41,941 nucleotides of DNA, from assembly GCA_002269645.1 (NCBI GenBank), contig NIVC01004560.1, positions 1 to 41,941 of the forward strand, read 5' to 3'. The position numbers and the translations under genes were made by a program. Below are positions 26,626-36,460 of the stretch, in pieces. Source of the stretch: Macrostomum lignano (Eukaryota). The notes under the pieces were generated by a model. That model searched no databases. It was given only the letters and a program-made list of their open reading frames with translations, and was not told the origin of the DNA. Positions within the stretch are counted from its first letter, which is position 1. Every line of letters begins with the position of its first letter.

Positions 26626-26812
26626 ACAACAACAACAAGATTTGCAGCAAACTGACGATGCCGGTTTAACAACTAGTATTGACGCTATCGCACCTGTTGA
26701 TCAGCACTCGTTAGTAGAACCTTCGTCCCTAATTGATTTAGATGCTAGCAATGGGGGTGGGTATCAGCTGGTTGACCTCTACGCTGCCGATGCGTTTAAT
26801 ACGGCACTTTGA
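139..26812 (+). CDS. Giant single-pass cadherin (CDH23/PCDH15/CDHR2-like architecture), 5'-truncated by window edge; about 43 complete EC repeats in window
   Basis: Manually spliced GT-AG exons: 139-248, 749-1186, 1274-1512, 1664-3318, 3387-3641, 3734-3874, 3947-4273, 4375-4908, 5017-5129, 5204-5422, 5518-5616, 6524-6643, 6730-8085, 8155-8409, 8502-8642, 8715-9041, 9143-9677, 9772-9884, 9972-10196, 11780-11878, 11964-12083, 12355-13709, 13780-14034, 14121-14261, 14333-14659, 14767-15300, 15411-15523, 15598-15816, 16218-16316, 16728-16847, 16947-18112, 18194-18445, 18522-18644, 19247-19775, 19864-20743, 21750-22774, 23076-23114, 24579-24710, 25902-26050, 26460-26812. Repeated EC motifs (xE, DRE/DYE/DFE, AxDxD, DxNDNxPxF) and a TM helix IALIVLACLIVVAAIIAIIVLLCWL. 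Phases are consistent once 1-bp deletions at about 3060, 4592, 13451, 15126, 17746 and 20064 (and a possible +1 at about 169) are allowed. Confidence 0.93.
1664..6643 (+). CDS. Cadherin macro-unit 1 (9 exons, 11 EC linkers), with two 1-bp deletions
   Basis: ORFs 1718-3094, 3091-3330, 3393-3668, 3953-4285, 4369-4602, 4599-4949, 5270-5536 and 5533-5745 are EC fragments. Frameshifts: TACTC^TTCGAC (3060) and AGTCG^GTCGAA (about 4592). Exon sum is 3463 nt; adding 2 gives 1155 codons. Confidence 0.9.
2456..5382 (+). repeat. Near-identical intragenic block, copy 1 (matches 12847-15776 fully and 7222-9666 up to 4897)
   Basis: Identity starts abruptly mid-exon at CGCGATCAGGGAACG, runs through the introns and ends at GACATACTCTGTAGC. 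Confidence 0.95.
6730..12083 (+). CDS. Cadherin macro-unit 2 (9 exons, 10 EC), fully in frame
   Basis: ORFs 6892-8097, 8161-8436, 8721-9053 and 9125-9808, plus small exons read manually (DTFAIQGSALVLNKAL..., TYINISIATGGGNNYSPKF..., NGTVTLNGTVDRE..., DTAELQLTVLDVNDNRPEF...). Exon sum is 3171 nt = 1057 codons with no indel. Confidence 0.92.
6751..9666 (+). repeat. Near-identical intragenic block, copy 2 (matches 12376-15289)
   Basis: Starts at GACAAAGACATCGAAAAT (offset 5625 to copy 3) and ends at AGTTCGGCTTC. Offset to copy 1 is about 4766-4769. Confidence 0.95.
10703..11072. mobile_element. MITE/foldback-like element in cadherin intron
   Basis: Imperfect inverted arms of about 100 bp: TTTGCAATTGAATTCGTC (10703-10720) / GACGAATTCAATTGCAAA (11055-11072), and AGCTAAATTTAGATCA..CCATAGACAGCTGCGTTC / GAACGCAGCTGTCTATGG..TGATCTAAATTTAGCT. 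No clear TSD. Confidence 0.75.
12355..16847 (+). CDS. Cadherin macro-unit 3 (9 exons, 10 EC), with two 1-bp deletions
   Basis: ORFs 12325-13485, 13482-13721, 13786-14061, 14264-14671, 14749-15207, 15126-15353, 15664-15849 and 16659-16877. Deletions at 13451 (same site as unit 1) and about 15126 (GTGCTTTGCAG vs GTGCTTTTGCAG in unit 2). Exon sum is 3163 nt; adding 2 gives 1055 codons. Confidence 0.9.
12376..15776 (+). repeat. Near-identical intragenic block, copy 3
   Basis: The 5' part (12376-12846) is shared only with copy 2, the centre with both other copies, and the 3' part (15290-15776) only with copy 1. Confidence 0.95.
15834..16154. mobile_element. Foldback/MITE-like imperfect palindrome in cadherin intron
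   Basis: GGGC...GCCC termini. Arms contain GTACACAAATGATACGTCATTCTG / CAGAATGACGTATCATTTGTGTAC, GGGTTTGGCAAAAA / TTTTTGCCAAACCC and CAAGGGGATA / TATCCCCTTG. No TSD recognised. Confidence 0.8.
16947..22774 (+). CDS. Cadherin distal unique ECs (about 10), membrane-adjacent domain, TM helix and proximal tail
   Basis: ORFs 16956-17780/17747-18127, 18197-18652, 19247-20014, 19875-20129/20090-20755 and 21774-22778. The first EC is a diverged paralogue of the first EC of the macro-unit. No EGF cysteines or LamG. TM at about 22326-22400, basic stop-transfer segment KRIKRRWR, and an NPTY motif. Confidence 0.9.
20782..21709. repeat. Intronic 14-bp satellite (AGATCCCAGATCCT)n, about 66 units
   Basis: Strict alternation of 7-mers AGATCCC and AGATCCT for about 0.92 kb, filling nearly all of intron 20744-21749. 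Confidence 0.98.
23076..26812 (+). CDS. Four distal cytoplasmic-tail exons of the cadherin, ending in PDZ-binding NTAL*
   Basis: Exons 23076-23114 (THFHFTEFYFDD), 24579-24710 (DEDGNPIIVV...PADE), 25902-26050 (SVLRGGVRLPP...WEMS) and 26460-26812 (ILKKLL...polyQ...DAFNTAL*) join with matching phases 2,2,2,1. The donor at 26051 (CAG/GTTTGC) is weak. Confidence 0.72.
24261..24460 (+). promoter_or_regulatory. Cluster of five same-orientation CCAAT motifs in cadherin tail intron
   Basis: CCAAT at 24266, 24337, 24377, 24401 and 24453. Direct repeat AGCA(A/G)CCAATCAGAATC...TGGGATAGAGA. Function is unproven. Confidence 0.4.
26576..26638 (+). repeat. (CAA)n coding microsatellite giving polyQ in the last cadherin exon
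   Basis: CTACAACTACAACAACTA(CAA)6 CGA (CAA)8, translated LQLQQLQQQQQQRQQQQQQQQ. Confidence 0.85.
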
Positions 26813-27093
26813 TGCGCGTAAAGCCAACTGGCTGATTGATTGGTTCGCTGCTGATGAAACCTTAGGACAAAAAATCTAATTACACCTGCCGATTGGTCTC
26901 TTCCGATTCTATAGAAATTTTGTTAAAATGCTTCTCTAATTATAATGAAAGCGTCAGATTAAAAGAGGTCGCAGATTCCATGAAAATCACAGCGAACGAA
27001 TCTTTTGAATTGATGAACAAAAATTGCGATGCATGCGAAGACTCATTTTTCTGCCTTTTGTATCCATCGTTTTCCACTGGTCAAGCTAATGTG

Positions 27094-27099
27094 AATAAA
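27094..27099 (+). terminator. Candidate polyadenylation signal of the cadherin
   Basis: First AATAAA I noticed downstream of the stop at 26812, about 280 nt away. Confidence 0.35.
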
Positions 27100-27915
27100 T
27101 TAAATATTAAAGACTGTATTTGATTTGTTATAGTATGCATGTAACTGGTCGTATTTTATTTATCATGTTAATGAAAGATTTCTTGCTAATGCATGTCTCA
27201 AATCAGAACTTGTAATTCGTATATTACTATAAGTTCATACTGCTGTTGATCAGCAAAATAATTACAGATCAAAAAGAAGCTATTTTTTTATAAATTCTTC
27301 ATCAGAAAAAAACTGTGCCTGTTTCCGTTTAAATTTACATGCGTACTTTTAGAATGACATGCTCGTAATTCGAATGTAATATGATTTCGTGGTACGTGAT
27401 CCGTACTGCACACGTTATTTAGTATTATTTATATGCTATATGCATACGCAAAATTACATTTTTACCCGAAAATGCGGGTCTGTTACCAGTGCCTCACTTG
27501 ATTGCTTGCGTTATTGCTGTCAAGCTAAAATATAAAAATATTTCTGTATGCCCACGATAATTGCTCACTGCACCATTAACTGATTTAAAAAATAATTCAA
27601 CAACCAGCTCACGTAATTTATGTTTATCCCTCTCTAAAAGAAATTTCTCTGCTTTTTTAATCTACACTATTTACCAAAATATTTCTCAGATTACTCACAT
27701 CTGTCTTGCTTTTTTTTCTAATCGGAATTATTTTATTTTGTTAATAAACTTTCCCAAATCCGGTCTCCGACCCCCCAAATAAAGATATTTTTTTAGCCAG
27801 AATCTGCCTTCTCGGAGGCACATGTACGGTCTTTTTGCGTCAAAATACGTCTATGCAATCAGATATTCATTCAATTTAAGTTCATAAATTTAATTCAATA
27901 TGCATACCATCTCAT

Positions 27916-28603
27916 CTGTGAAGAGAATACTAGTTTGGCCACAGAAGTTTCAGCCTATTTCATTTAGTCTGTTTAGTCTTCAAATTTTTCATTTGAACCA
28001 AATTTATCTAGCAAACTTCTACTCAGACCTACCCTAGATATGGAAGCCGTATGTCATACTCACTACTCAGTCAAATATTCAAATATGCCACTCAGATCAA
28101 TTATGTATTTCATTACGAGCGTAGATTGGCTTCTGGCGTATTAAACATTCGCCGACACTTATTCAGACACTTCTACAGACACTTTAGTTTCTGTCGTACG
28201 AATCGTAGGAACAAGCATTAAAATTGTTTATTCCTTACAAACTACCAGTAAACTACTTTATTTTAAGCTTTTTTTGCTTTATTTTATTAAATATGAATTA
28301 GGAAGTGTCCTGGACAAATTTAACATTCTTCTTCACGTGAAGAGAATCTATGCAGAATAACAAATTTCATGATTCATATTTAATAAAATAAAGCAAAAAA
28401 AAGCTTAAAATAAAGTAGTTTACTGGTAGTTTGTAAGGAATAAACAATTTTAATGCTTGTTCCTACGATTCGTACGACAGAAACTAAAGTGTCTGTAGAA
28501 GTGTCTGAATAAGTGTCGGCGAATGTTTAATACGTTGGCTTCTGGTATAAATACTTCAGTATTACGAGTATGTCTATGGCCAAACTAGAATTGTCTTTCG
28601 CAG
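27916..28603. mobile_element. Outer non-autonomous element with about 30-bp imperfect TIRs (host of nested MITE)
   Basis: CTGTGAAGAGAATACTAGTTTGGCCACAGA (27916-27945) vs the reverse complement of 28573-28603, CTGCGAAAGACAATTCTAGTTTGGCCATAGA. Confidence 0.6.
28137..28534. mobile_element. Long-TIR MITE with 11-bp target-site duplication (Mutator-like)
   Basis: Near-perfect arms 28137-28298 and 28372-28534 (about 162 bp) around a 73-bp spacer containing the palindrome TCTTCACGTGAAGA. Flanked by TTGGCTTCTGG at 28126-28136 and 28535-28545. Confidence 0.88.
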
Positions 28604-29223
28604 CCTTATAGACAGACGTCAAGGTAAAACTCCTCAAAGAATTACCCAGTGGGAAATTCTGGTACGCCCAAGGGTGCGCAGACCGCGGCGCCCGGTGGCC
28701 TGTGGCCGGTAGCGGGGCGCACTCTTTGTCCAGTCGGGGCGCCGGCCTTATACCCGGCGCCCGGTGGACTGCCCAATAAATTAAGGCAAGAATTGGTTTA
28801 CTCTACTAACAGTAGTATGCAGGGCTTTTACTGATATATTTTGCTCTGGCAGCAGCCTAGCTTTCTGGTTGTTTCAAAATTGAATTTATTTCCAAATAAT
28901 TTTCAGAGCTATCTGATTTTTTTAAGCAATTGTCTCTTCCATTATAAATTTAAACAACCTTGCTGCTACCTGCTTACGAAGTTTGCCTTTTGTAAATTTT
29001 TTTGCAGTTCTTTAGAAAATTAGTTTGAGTCTATGAATGAAATCGAATGAGAAACTTAAATGTAATGAAATTTGAATTTATTTAGCGAAGTTAAATGGAA
29101 CTGATATTAAAACACAATATTAGAACGAAAAATAGTTAAGTTTTTGGCAACAAAGGTGTTGAAAGAATGTCAGTTTTAAAATCATTTTGACAGCATTTAC
29201 TCGTAAAATACGTGCTCTCATAA

Positions 29224-32185
29224 TTAGAAGATTTTAAATTGTCCATCATCCAGCTCTCGCTGATCTTCGGACCAGTTTGATCCACTTGATTCGGTTTCGT
29301 CATCAGATTCGAGAGAGCAGTCAGTGCGGTAGTTGGTTTTTGACTTTGCTGAACGGGGGCGATGGTTGTTCCGCTTTCGAGGCTGAGAATCCAACTGAAT
29401 ACTCGCTCGCTTTCTGGATTGGGAGCTCGGCTTTGCTGTCGCCGCTGGCGGCACTTCTCCCGCTGATAGTCGCGATGGTGTCTGTGACATTGGAAAGAAA
29501 ACAAAAAATTACTGCATGCACATTTTATCTTACTGATAGTAGTATTTAATGCTTAGCAATCATAGTATTCATCGTTCATTATTCAGTTTAGATACGTTTT
29601 TACTCACTAGGGAAAAAGAAGATGAATGGCTGTGTCTTTGCACGGCGCTGCCAGAAGCGGGACTTTGAGTCGCTGCCACCAAAGACCGTCTTTGCACGGC
29701 GCTGCCAGAAGCGGGACTTTGAGTCGCTGCCACCAGAGATCGTCTTTGCACAGCGCTGCCAGAAGCGGGACTTTGAGTCGCTGCCACCAAAGACCGTCTT
29801 TGCACGGCGCTGCCAGAAGCGGGGCTTGGAGTCGCTGCCACCAGAGACTGTCTTTTTACGGCGCTGCCAGAAGCGGGGCTTGGAGTCGCTGCCACCAGAG
29901 ACTGTCTTTGTACGGCGCTGCCAGAAGCGGGACTTTGAGTCGCTGCCACCAGAGACTGTCTTTGTACGGCGCTGCCAGAAGCGGGGCTTGGAGTCGCTGC
30001 CACCAGAGACTGTCTTTGTACGGCGCTGCCAGAAGCGGGGCTTGGAGTCGCTGCCACCAGAGACTGTCTTTGTACGGCGCTGCCAGAAGCGGGACTTTGA
30101 GTCGCTGCCACCAGAGACTGTCTTTGTACGGCGCTGCCAGAAGCGGGGCTTGGAGTCGCTGCCACCAGAGACTGTCTTTGTACGGCGCTGTCAGAAGCGG
30201 GGCTTTGAGTCTGGACTCCGGAAAGCAGCTGGCTTCCTGTGCGATGCGACCGCCCCTTTAATCGGTCACCGCCATGCTTTAGCTGCTGTCTGCAAGTATT
30301 TCTTACAGATTGTTCAGAGGGCCTGCCGGCTTCAGCGGTCGCGCCATAGATGAATGTGATTGCTTCTGTTAGGAAAAAAGTTGAAAGTTACTATGAATAG
30401 CATGCACTGTGCTCGACTAATTTCTTGATATTTAGCTCTAAAAGTCTCATTGAACGTTGATTAAGTAGACTTACTTTGGAAATGGCTGAGCAGAGTGCTC
30501 TGAAATCCAAGCTGCGCATCAGTAAGGTTGGTCGCAACTCCAGCAGCAACAGCTCGGCTTCGCATGTCTGACCCGATTAAATTAATAACCGCCTGCATCT
30601 CTTTCGACAAGCTCTCGTTAAGCATTGCCATTAAAGCATCGGACCACTTGTCTCGCTTGCATGAACGTAGCAGGCTCTTCTGTTTAGATTTTTACAGGTG
30701 AGAATACTTATAGATTATTATTTCAGTGATAGTACTAGTGCGCTTTGAGTAGTAGTTAGAGCATTTCTTCTAATGAAAAGAAAATAAAAAACTCTGTCAT
30801 GAACTTACCAAAGTAGAAATATGTTCATTTGGACTGGAAGCGAATTGCACATATTTTTCCCAGGAGTTGATCGGCCAGAATGAAGGCTCAGAATTATCAG
30901 TTGGAATGTCAGCGCCAACAGGTTCCAAAAAGCGTAGCACGCTCTGCACTTCAGTGCGCATTGCGGTGATTTGTTTGGTCAAACTATTTTCTAATGCTTT
31001 CAATTCATTCTTGCGCATAGTAAGTTCGCGTAGGGCATATAAGGACAGAAACTTGATGCCTCTTGGACTTTCCAGCTCAAAGCTAACACCGGCTTGGATC
31101 TGCTCTTCTAGTTTTCTAAGAAAGCCAGAACCAAAATTAAAAGATGAAATGGTGGGAGGCGACTTAGGAATCGTCGATCGATCATCTGCTACGAACTCAG
31201 CTTCTATTTCAGCTTCCGCCTCAGCTTCCACCTCAGCTCCCATCTCAGCTTCCACCTCAGCTTCCGCCTCAGCTTCCGCCTCAGCTCCCATCTCAGCTTC
31301 CACCTCAGCTCCGATCTCAGCTTCCACCTCATCTTCCGCTTCAGCTTCCGCCTCAGCTTCCACTTCAGCTTCCGCCTCAGCTTCCACTTCAGCTTCCGCC
31401 TCAGCTTCCGCCTCAGCTTCCATATCGGCGTCTACGCCAGCTTCTGCTTCATCATCACTAATAGGAGGCATTGGCGCTAACTGTGCAATCGTAGGCGGAT
31501 GTTGTTTAGGCAGCAAAGCTGGAGGTTGCAAACAGCGGCTGCTCTTATCTTCGAAGATTGCCTCGGAATCGGTGGCTGAGCCGTCTGACAGATTCTGTTT
31601 GGGATGGTTACGGCATGAGAAATTATCAAGTTAATGTCAGTTTTAAAGATTATTTTCACATTTAATTTCTTCCCTTTTCTTAAAAAATAGTTTAAAAGGT
31701 AAAACGGAGAAAACAAAGTTCTCGATAAAAATTATATGGGCTGTGCTTAATTTTACCTTAGTCTGGTAATGCCTTCGTGCTTTCTTCATGTCACGCTCCT
31801 GAAAGACTCTGGGTTGAACCAACTCGAGAATTCGGTTCAGTCGGGTCTTTTTGGCCACCAATTCACGCACAAAGCGGAAGCTCCCAGGCTCTAGGTTGTT
31901 GCTTAGTATTACCTTTAAATTAATGAGAAAATATGAGCGTACAAATATTAGATCGATTCAAGAATTTTAACATTTCAATCGTTGGGATCGGTTGCTTACC
32001 TGAATAATTAGAGCAGAGTAAAAACAGCCTTCATACAAGGCTTCACACTTCCACTTCTCAGTGGAGTCCCTCTTTTCTAACCATTCCTCTTCCTTAAGGT
32101 TTTGAAAGCCTTCAGGAAGCTTCACTTCGCTTTCCGAGACCTCAACAATTTGACGGTCGTCTTTAAAGATCACTAAAAACTTCAT
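29224..32185 (-). CDS. Transposon accessory protein, 782 aa, 6 exons (DUF4806/BEN-like domain suspected)
   Basis: Minus-strand exons 32185-32000, 31912-31757, 31594-30809, 30679-30475, 30365-29608 and 29481-29224 are all GT-AG and sum to 2349 nt with one stop. N-terminus [16 protein letters not shown]...; (AE)n tract; core WPINSWEKY...SLLRSC...[18 protein letters not shown]...GFQSTLL...LKHGGDR; 18-aa repeats; basic/acidic C-terminus. AATAAA on the minus strand at about 29077-29082. The family call is from recalled motif pattern only. Confidence 0.82.
29634..30211 (-). repeat. 54-bp coding minisatellite, about 10.7 copies (LVAAT[P/Q][10 protein letters not shown][Q/R]S)
   Basis: Unit CCAGAGACTGTCTTTGTACGGCGCTGCCAGAAGCGGGGCTTGGAGTCGCTGCCA on the + strand, in frame within exon 5 of the accessory gene. 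Confidence 0.95.
31197..31421 (-). repeat. 6-bp-based coding repeat giving an Ala/Glu-rich acidic tract
   Basis: (GCTTCC/GCCTCA/ACCTCA)n on the + strand translates to [11 protein letters not shown]... in ORF 30797-31531. Confidence 0.9.
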
Positions 32186-32549
32186 TGTAGCATGCAGACT
32201 AGACTATGCTAGTGCAAAACTGAGTACCAAATAAAGCAAGAGTTTGGAGCTCACACTATAGTTTATGCTTATTTAATGATTCAGTGGTTTAGGTTGCTTC
32301 TAGAAGCAATTGTCTTCTATAGTTCTTCGAATGAAAAAGGCCGCCCTGGCTTTTCCAATTTCATTGGCCCTACCGTCCCCGCATCCATACCTGTCCAATC
32401 AGCGCGCACAAACCCCCAAAGGAATAGTTTTCAATTCTTCCCAGCTTTTGTTCATATCCTTTCTTTAATACGAAATAAGCAATCGTAGTAATTACTTTAT
32501 TATTATTACAACAGTCAACTATCATCAAAGTCTGATTCGGACGAAAACA
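32186..32549. promoter_or_regulatory. Putative bidirectional promoter between accessory gene and transposase
   Basis: 364 bp between divergent ATGs. GC box CCGCCC at 32341, CCAAT at 32355 and 32395, ATTGG at 32363. Confidence 0.5.
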
Positions 32550-34576
32550 ATGACAAGGCAATTGAGGCGACAAGCAAATAAGGATTTGCTGGGCTTGTTC
32601 ATGGAAGGAGAACAAGAAGCTTTGGAAGACATCGCACTGCAAGAGAAAAAAAGAAAAGTATTCGAAGCAGATGATTCTGGGAGAGTCGCCGGTTTCATCG
32701 CTTCGGAGTCCTCTGTAGCAGAAGTCAATGAAGGTACGGATCCAGATCTTGACAACGACAATGGCAGCTATCCTGATTTTGACGAGTTCGCGCGAGTTTG
32801 CAGCGATGAAGATGAGGAGATTGACAAGAAAGAGGATGACCGCTCTTTAGAAGATAAAATATTCGCCTTGCTGGTAGTCTACTTTTCTTGTTTCAACCTA
32901 AGTCGTGGATCTAAAAAATTCCTTGTTGATGGTCTAAGAGACATAGGCTTGCCTGCGCCGAAGTCTGTCAACTCTATTGAGGCCGTCATCAATGCTGGCG
33001 ATCCAACGGAAAAATTGGAGCCCATGGGAAAAGGCCATTTTCGCTACATTTCGATTCTGAAAAATCTAGAACTAATGTTTCGCAAAAACCAGCTGCACAT
33101 GAAGCCAGAATATCTACAACACGATAGTGAAACTGAGAAGGTTTACAAAATTGAAGCCATCGTTAATTTTGACGGCTTGCCTTTGTACCGAGCAAGCCAC
33201 TTCGGTCTTTGGCCCATACTTATGTCTATTCCCAGCATATTCAGCAGACCTTTTCCAGTAGCCGTATGGGCTGGTTGTGGCAAGCCACCTCTGAATGATT
33301 ATCTTCGACAATTTTGCGACGAGGCTAAACGTTTTCTTACGGGTCCAATAAAAATTATCGAAAATTTAAGCATCAGCTTCTCGACTATCCGATTTGTTTG
33401 CGATGCGCCTGCTCGAGCCTGGGTCTCAGTAACTCAAGGGCACATGTCGTACGTCGGTTGCATGTACTGCAGGGCTACTGGACCTTATACCGACAACAGA
33501 GTAACATTTTCAACGAGCGTCGGGGAGTCTCGTAGCAGCCAACAATACCGAGAGGGAAAGGAGTCTAACCAGGAAAATAAAAAAATCGCTCTATCGCCCT
33601 TCTAAATTTGCCTAACATTAGTTTTGTCGATGCTTTTCCCCCTGACTACCAGCATGCCGTATGCCTTGGAGTCACAAGGAAGCTATTTTACCTATTTTTC
33701 GACAAATCTAATGGCAAGAAGTGTCTCGTCTATCCCGGTCCGATGAGCCTATTGGGCGACCGAATTACTATGGCTGCCGGTTGGACACCTTCAAACTTTC
33801 AACGAAGACCCCGGAAAATCGACTTGGAACTGAAGCACATGAAGGCTACTGAATTCAGACAGTACTTGCTGTACCTAGGACCTGTCCTCTTCAAAGGCAT
33901 TTTAAATGAAGAAAGGTATAACCACTTTCTTTACCTCCATTTCGCCATTTACGCATACTCCAACGAAAGGTACTCCAAGTGGTGGACGCAGGCAAAAACT
34001 TGCATTGAAGTTTTTGTTGAACGGGCTGCCCACCTTTACGGCCAGAAGTTTATAAGTTTCAATCTTCACACTATTCTTCATTTGGATGAGTTTGTCCGAA
34101 AGCTAGGCAGTTTAAACAACTTTTCGACTTTCCCTTTCGAAAACTTTCTTGGATCTGTAAAGCGCCGCGTAAAGGTGACAAGGCACATGGCAGCGCATTC
34201 AGTTAAGCAGGTGCTCAGAGTTCGCGATCTTCTGTTGAATGAGCAGCGAATTCCACCGTTGAAATTCAGCACAAAGCGAGGTGATAATTGTTGCATAATC
34301 GACAAAGTATGCGTCCTAATCGAAGCTGTAAGTGAAGCTAATCAAGTCACTGGCAGGATTTTACACCCAGTTGACAACATCTACGCCAACCCATATCCAT
34401 CTTTGCGTCTGGGAATCGGCTTGTACAGGATGACATCTGGTGTTCTAACTGGCACACCTGAGCGAAAGTGCTGGATTTTGCCTGCGAATCTGCTTGCCAA
34501 TCTTGCTGGAGCGGACAGGGATCCAGCAAGCCATTTTTTTGTCATTCCTCTGACAGGTGACTCCGAGGAGGCCTGA
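32550..34576 (+). CDS. CMC/EnSpm-type DDE transposase, about 675 aa, split by one 1-bp deletion
   Basis: Motifs NFDGLP, WPIL, VCDAPARAW, GCMYC, FPPDYQHAVCLGVTRKL, KATEFRQYLLYLGP, FNLHTILHL and FPFENFLG. ORFs 32550-33605 and 33608-34576 join as SPFLNLPNISF if one C is added at about 33602. Confidence 0.9.
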
Positions 34577-36258
34577 TGTAGGACGCGTGAGTCGCAAGTG
34601 AGTACTAAAAATATCTTTCTCTGGTTTTTTATATCAATCCGATTTCCTTCTATCTCGATTCTCGTATTCCCTGTATTCTGCAATTCTGCAATTTCTTCCT
34701 GTATATGTTCTCAGCTTCAACACGCAGACATGATTGTAGATTGTGAGTTAAATATTAGTATATTACGATGCATACTCGATCGCAACTGCCATTTTATCTT
34801 TACTTTTAGGATCCGCAGTTTCACGAGTTTACTACAAGCCTGGCGATCGGTCATTCATGAACTGGAGTTATTTTAGAGACTGATTATATTGATTCTATCT
34901 TTATTGTTTACATTCTTGAACCCTAGAATTAGGTACAGCTTAAAATTCGGTGTTATAGAGGCCGGAGGGGTAATTTAGCTCAAAACTGTGTAGGAGGGGT
35001 GGAGGGGCCGGAAACTTAGTGGGAGGTGATGCCGCTGTATGTGGCTGAAATGGGGGATTTATTTTCTTAAACCCCAGTATACGAGTATGAAATACTAATG
35101 GTATTGTATACAGTATTCCTACCTCCAATTCAAGCCAACAGAATTTTTGTAATATTTTACTTATCCCATTGATAATAATCAACTAGCTGCACAACTGTAA
35201 TTTCCATCTGTTACCATCTGGTTTTACTTTTAAGCACATATAAAATGCTATGAATATTTTCTTTCTTTTGCTGGCACCTATTTTAGGTCAGATCGAATCA
35301 ATACTTTCCGTATCAAAGTATTTATGTGTTTATGCTAGGTTGTAACTTATAAAATATATATATATATATATATATAGTTCAGACCTTGTCAAGCCTCGCA
35401 CGAAATTCGTCTTTGTTCTTCCTTTATCTTTGGTGCAATATGGGAATAGAAAAAACTTGATGACCTGCACTGATAAGGAGTCAGGACAGTTTGTTTGTTT
35501 CGCATAGGTTCGCTTAAGCAGGCAAGAACGGTACAACGTAGAAATTCCCATATCACTTCTCTAGCCTTTCTTCTAACCCCCCCCCACCCAACTGAAATGA
35601 ATTGGCCAAAATTAGCTGTCACCTCTAGGTTAAAATAATTCCTTGCATTGCCCTGTCATTACGGGTTATTGCCACTGGCCAGGAAATTCAAAACATTTTT
35701 CTAAGAGCAACTCAAAATGAGTAAGCTTTATACAGGCTATAATTGATGAGAGATTTCTGTTAATGAGAGATAAAGCCCACACGGGTTTTATTGATGTCGG
35801 GTTGTAAAAGACGATCGCAAATAGAGAACAATATAGCGAGAATATTCAAGCTGGCGGACGTGCGCCGAGCTATAATTTTCTGTTAACTCGGGGATTCAGT
35901 AAGACTAGAATAATTGAGTGGCAAAAACTGTCATGAGAACGCAAAGGCACTTTGAAACCTTTATGATTCAGTGGATTTATTCATCCGGAAAAATGACAAG
36001 GCGGGGGTTAGATTGTTATTTATTCATGACCTGTCCCATTTGAGCTCTGACCGCCTCTGAATATGAAAACTGAGAAAATATCTATGTCTATGTATCCCTC
36101 CTTATCAAAATGTGACTGAGTGACTGTGCCCTACTCGTAATCGGGGAGATAAATGAAGGGGAGACAGGGGAGACAGTCTCCTATCTCCAATCTCCCATGT
36201 CTCTTATTTGCCATTATGCAGTTAACTGGGCCCGTCATGCATAGCCTACTGCAGGCTG

Positions 36259-36304
36259 CAGGGGTCAGCAAACTCCAGCCCACGGGCCACATGCGGCCCG
36301 CAGT
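36259..36304 (+). mobile_element. hAT-Charlie-type terminal fragment
   Basis: CAGGGGTCAGCAAACTCCAGCCCACGGGCCACATGCGGCCCGCAG resembles the MER58-type hAT left end. No matching right end was found. Confidence 0.6.
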
Positions 36305-36460
36305 CTCTCTATCCAGCCCTCGGGTCCTTTCTAACTTCCCATGCCAATAACAATCCAGCCCGCTCAAGGTTTGCATCTCTTCTCAGCTTTTTTGCTAATT
36401 TCTTCTCCTTTTCTCATCAAAATCTCCCCTCTCTCCTCCTTTCCCCTCTTTCCTTGCTCC

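Noticed and set aside
26466-26672. Poly-Val ORF on the minus strand
   Set aside because: Antisense of the CAA polyQ tract.
29622-30353. Plus-strand repeat ORFs 29622-30353 and 29626-30261, and Ser/Ala ORF 30867-31634
   Set aside because: Antisense by-products of stop-free repeats. The minus frame is the one joined by canonical splice sites.
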